DNA of 64,000 nucleotides from Vulcanimicrobiota bacterium (GTDB lineage Bacteria; Vulcanimicrobiota; Xenobia; Xenobiales; JADMJV01): NCBI GenBank assembly GCA_050250895.1, contig JBFWNU010000010.1, positions 64,001 to 128,000 of the forward strand, read 5' to 3'. Shown piece by piece: positions 62,429 to 64,000 of this stretch (position 1 is its first letter; each line of letters starts with the position of its first letter). The notes under the pieces were generated by a model. It saw only the letters and a program-made list of their open reading frames with translations, ran no database searches and was not told where the DNA came from. The position numbers and the translations under genes were made by a program.

Positions 62429-64000
62429 ATGGAAATTCCGGTAGCGCTGACCCGAATCACCCTGCCTCCGGTGGCGGCCGAGTTGGTGCGCTACCAGTTG
62501 CTGCCGCTGATTGGCACCAGGCGACTGACGGCGGTGGTGGCCGGGCCGGGCTACGGCAAGAGCACGCTGGTCTGTGCCTGGGCCCACGAGCAGAAGCAGC
62601 CGGTGGCTTACCACGTGCTGTTCGGAGCCACCGAAGACGCGGTGGGCCTGATCGACCACCTGAGCTGGGCCGCCCGCCAGGTGCGACCGGAAACGCCCGA
62701 ACCCGAAGGAACCGGCTGGCGGGCTCGGGCCGATCGGCTCATCAACGGCCTGGGCAGCGGCCAGTTCTGGTTCGTCATCGACGACATGCACCAGCTCAAA
62801 GCTGTCGAGGCCCTCGATTATTTGCTGAAATTCACGCCTCCCAACGTCGGCTTCGTGCTCTCGGGCCGCGATCTGGGTGGGCTCGAGTGGGAGGGGCGAG
62901 TGCTGGCCGGCGAAGCGGCCACCATCTCGGCCAGCCAGCTGGCGCTCAGTCTTGATGAGTTAGAGGAGCTGGTCGAACCCGAGCTGGTAAGAGCCTTGCA
63001 TGAGGCCACCGGGGGTTGGCCCATGGCCTGCCACTATCTGGCCTCGCGCATGGGACAGGCCGATTGGCTGCAACACAAACAGAGCTTGCAGGAACGGCTG
63101 TCCGAGGTGGTGTGGGATAACCTCGACGAAGAGTTGCAACGCTTTCTCACCCTGACCTCATCGCTCGATTTTCTCGAGGCCGAGGCTTGCCGGCTGGTGA
63201 CTGGGCGCGAAGACGCTCCTCGTATTTTGCGGCGGCTGGCTACCGAGGGGGTGTTCATCCAGCCCTGGGGCGAGGGGCGCTATCGCATCCATCCCATGTT
63301 TCGCGAGTTTCTCAACGATCGTTTGTGCCGCCATCCCCAATTGATGCGCCAGGCCTTTCTGGCCGCCTCGCAATGGCTGATGGAGCAGGGGAGGGCGCTC
63401 GAGGCCGTTCCCTATCTGGCCGAATCCAACCAGCCCCAGGAGGCGGCCCGGTTGCTCAAAGAGGCGGCGCCGAATCTGCTCTCGCAGGGTCGTCACTCGG
63501 TGCTGGTCGAGCTGGCCCGGCCGCTGGCTCCTGATACCGACCGCGAGCTGTTGCTCTATCTGGCCGACGCTCACCGCCACGATAACTCGTATAGCCAGGC
63601 CCTGGCGCTTTATCACCGGGCGGTCGACCTGGCTCGCCAGCAAGAGGACCTCGAGTTCGAGGCCGACGCTCTCACCGGCATGGCCCGCATCTTCATCGAC
63701 ACCGTGCGCCCGAGCCAGGCGGCCGAGTATCTGCGCCAGGCCTATCGCGTCTTGCCCCAGCGGGCCAACGACAAACGGGCCGAAGTATTGCGCCTGCTGG
63801 CCGAGAACTCGATCAACCAGGGACGCTCGCGGGCGGCCCAGCGCTATTCGCGCTGGGCCGACAATCTGGGCGGGCAGCCCGGCGGGCCCCGCATGGAGGC
63901 TCGGTTGCTATTGCGCACCGGCAAGCTACGCCAGGCCCGAGCGGCCATCACCGAGGCCCTCCACGCTGGCGGGGCCCATCCCGCTTCGGCCCATCGCGAG
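62429..64000 (+). CDS. MalT-like STAND ATPase/TPR transcriptional regulator (runs off window end)
   Basis: Not in ORF track (no stop in window): MEIPVALTRITLPP...VAGPGYGKSTL...FVIDDMHQL...TGGWPMA...YRIHPMFREFL, then TPR-like helices. Confidence 0.88.
   Translation, partial: MEIPVALTRITLPPVAAELVRYQLLPLIGTRRLTAVVAGPGYGKSTLVCAWAHEQKQPVAYHVLFGATEDAVGLIDHLSWAARQVRPETPEPEGTGWRARADRLINGLGSGQFWFVIDDMHQLKAVEALDYLLKFTPPNVGFVLSGRDLGGLEWEGRVLAGEAATISASQLALSLDELEELVEPELVRALHEATGGWPMACHYLASRMGQADWLQHKQSLQERLSEVVWDNLDEELQRFLTLTSSLDFLEAEACRLVTGREDAPRILRRLATEGVFIQPWGEGRYRIHPMFREFLNDRLCRHPQLMRQAFLAASQWLMEQGRALEAVPYLAESNQPQEAARLLKEAAPNLLSQGRHSVLVELARPLAPDTDRELLLYLADAHRHDNSYSQALALYHRAVDLARQQEDLEFEADALTGMARIFIDTVRPSQAAEYLRQAYRVLPQRANDKRAEVLRLLAENSINQGRSRAAQRYSRWADNLGGQPGGPRMEARLLLRTGKLRQARAAITEALHAGGAHPASAHRE

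Overview
GC-rich bacterial chromosomal window with about 60 supportable CDSs and no rRNA, tRNA, CRISPR array, transposase or integrase. The gene repertoire (subtilases, stalk/copper-amine-oxidase-N proteins, many pilin-like proteins) tentatively suggests Eremiobacterota/Vulcanimicrobiota; this is an inference only. Recognisable modules: a PilB/GspE ATPase with an inserted pseudokinase, a secreted vanadium haloperoxidase, an arsR-arsM-arsC-acr3 operon, a four-gene minor (pseudo)pilin operon, a GGDEF cyclase, PilZ, CstA, a TRAP+GH31 operon, vapBC, a double hybrid histidine kinase, an acyl-CoA ligase+MFS pair, a decaying cluster of pilin-like genes, an HNH nuclease and a MalT-like regulator. The best candidate for an undescribed system is a set of scattered genes without a Sec signal at the N-terminus (starts 11168, 26167, 26270, 34619, probably 62333 and 27287). 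Four of them share a disordered N-terminal leader with a P-x-[DE]-[GE]-hydrophobic-x-x-S motif, and two of those carry an internal lipoprotein signal peptide (Cys74/75). Five of them share a promoter, TTCnn-N6-TTnAS-N10/21-TAGnnT. Together this looks like a co-regulated family of exported effectors. Other highlights: a subtilase with His, Ser and oxyanion Asn all replaced, a 17-core composite palindromic repeat array, a 123-nt structured element plus micro-ORF beside the HNH gene, a nucleotidyltransferase bracketed by 17-bp direct repeats, and pervasive leaderless promoters. All calls were made by eye from motifs; no searches were run.
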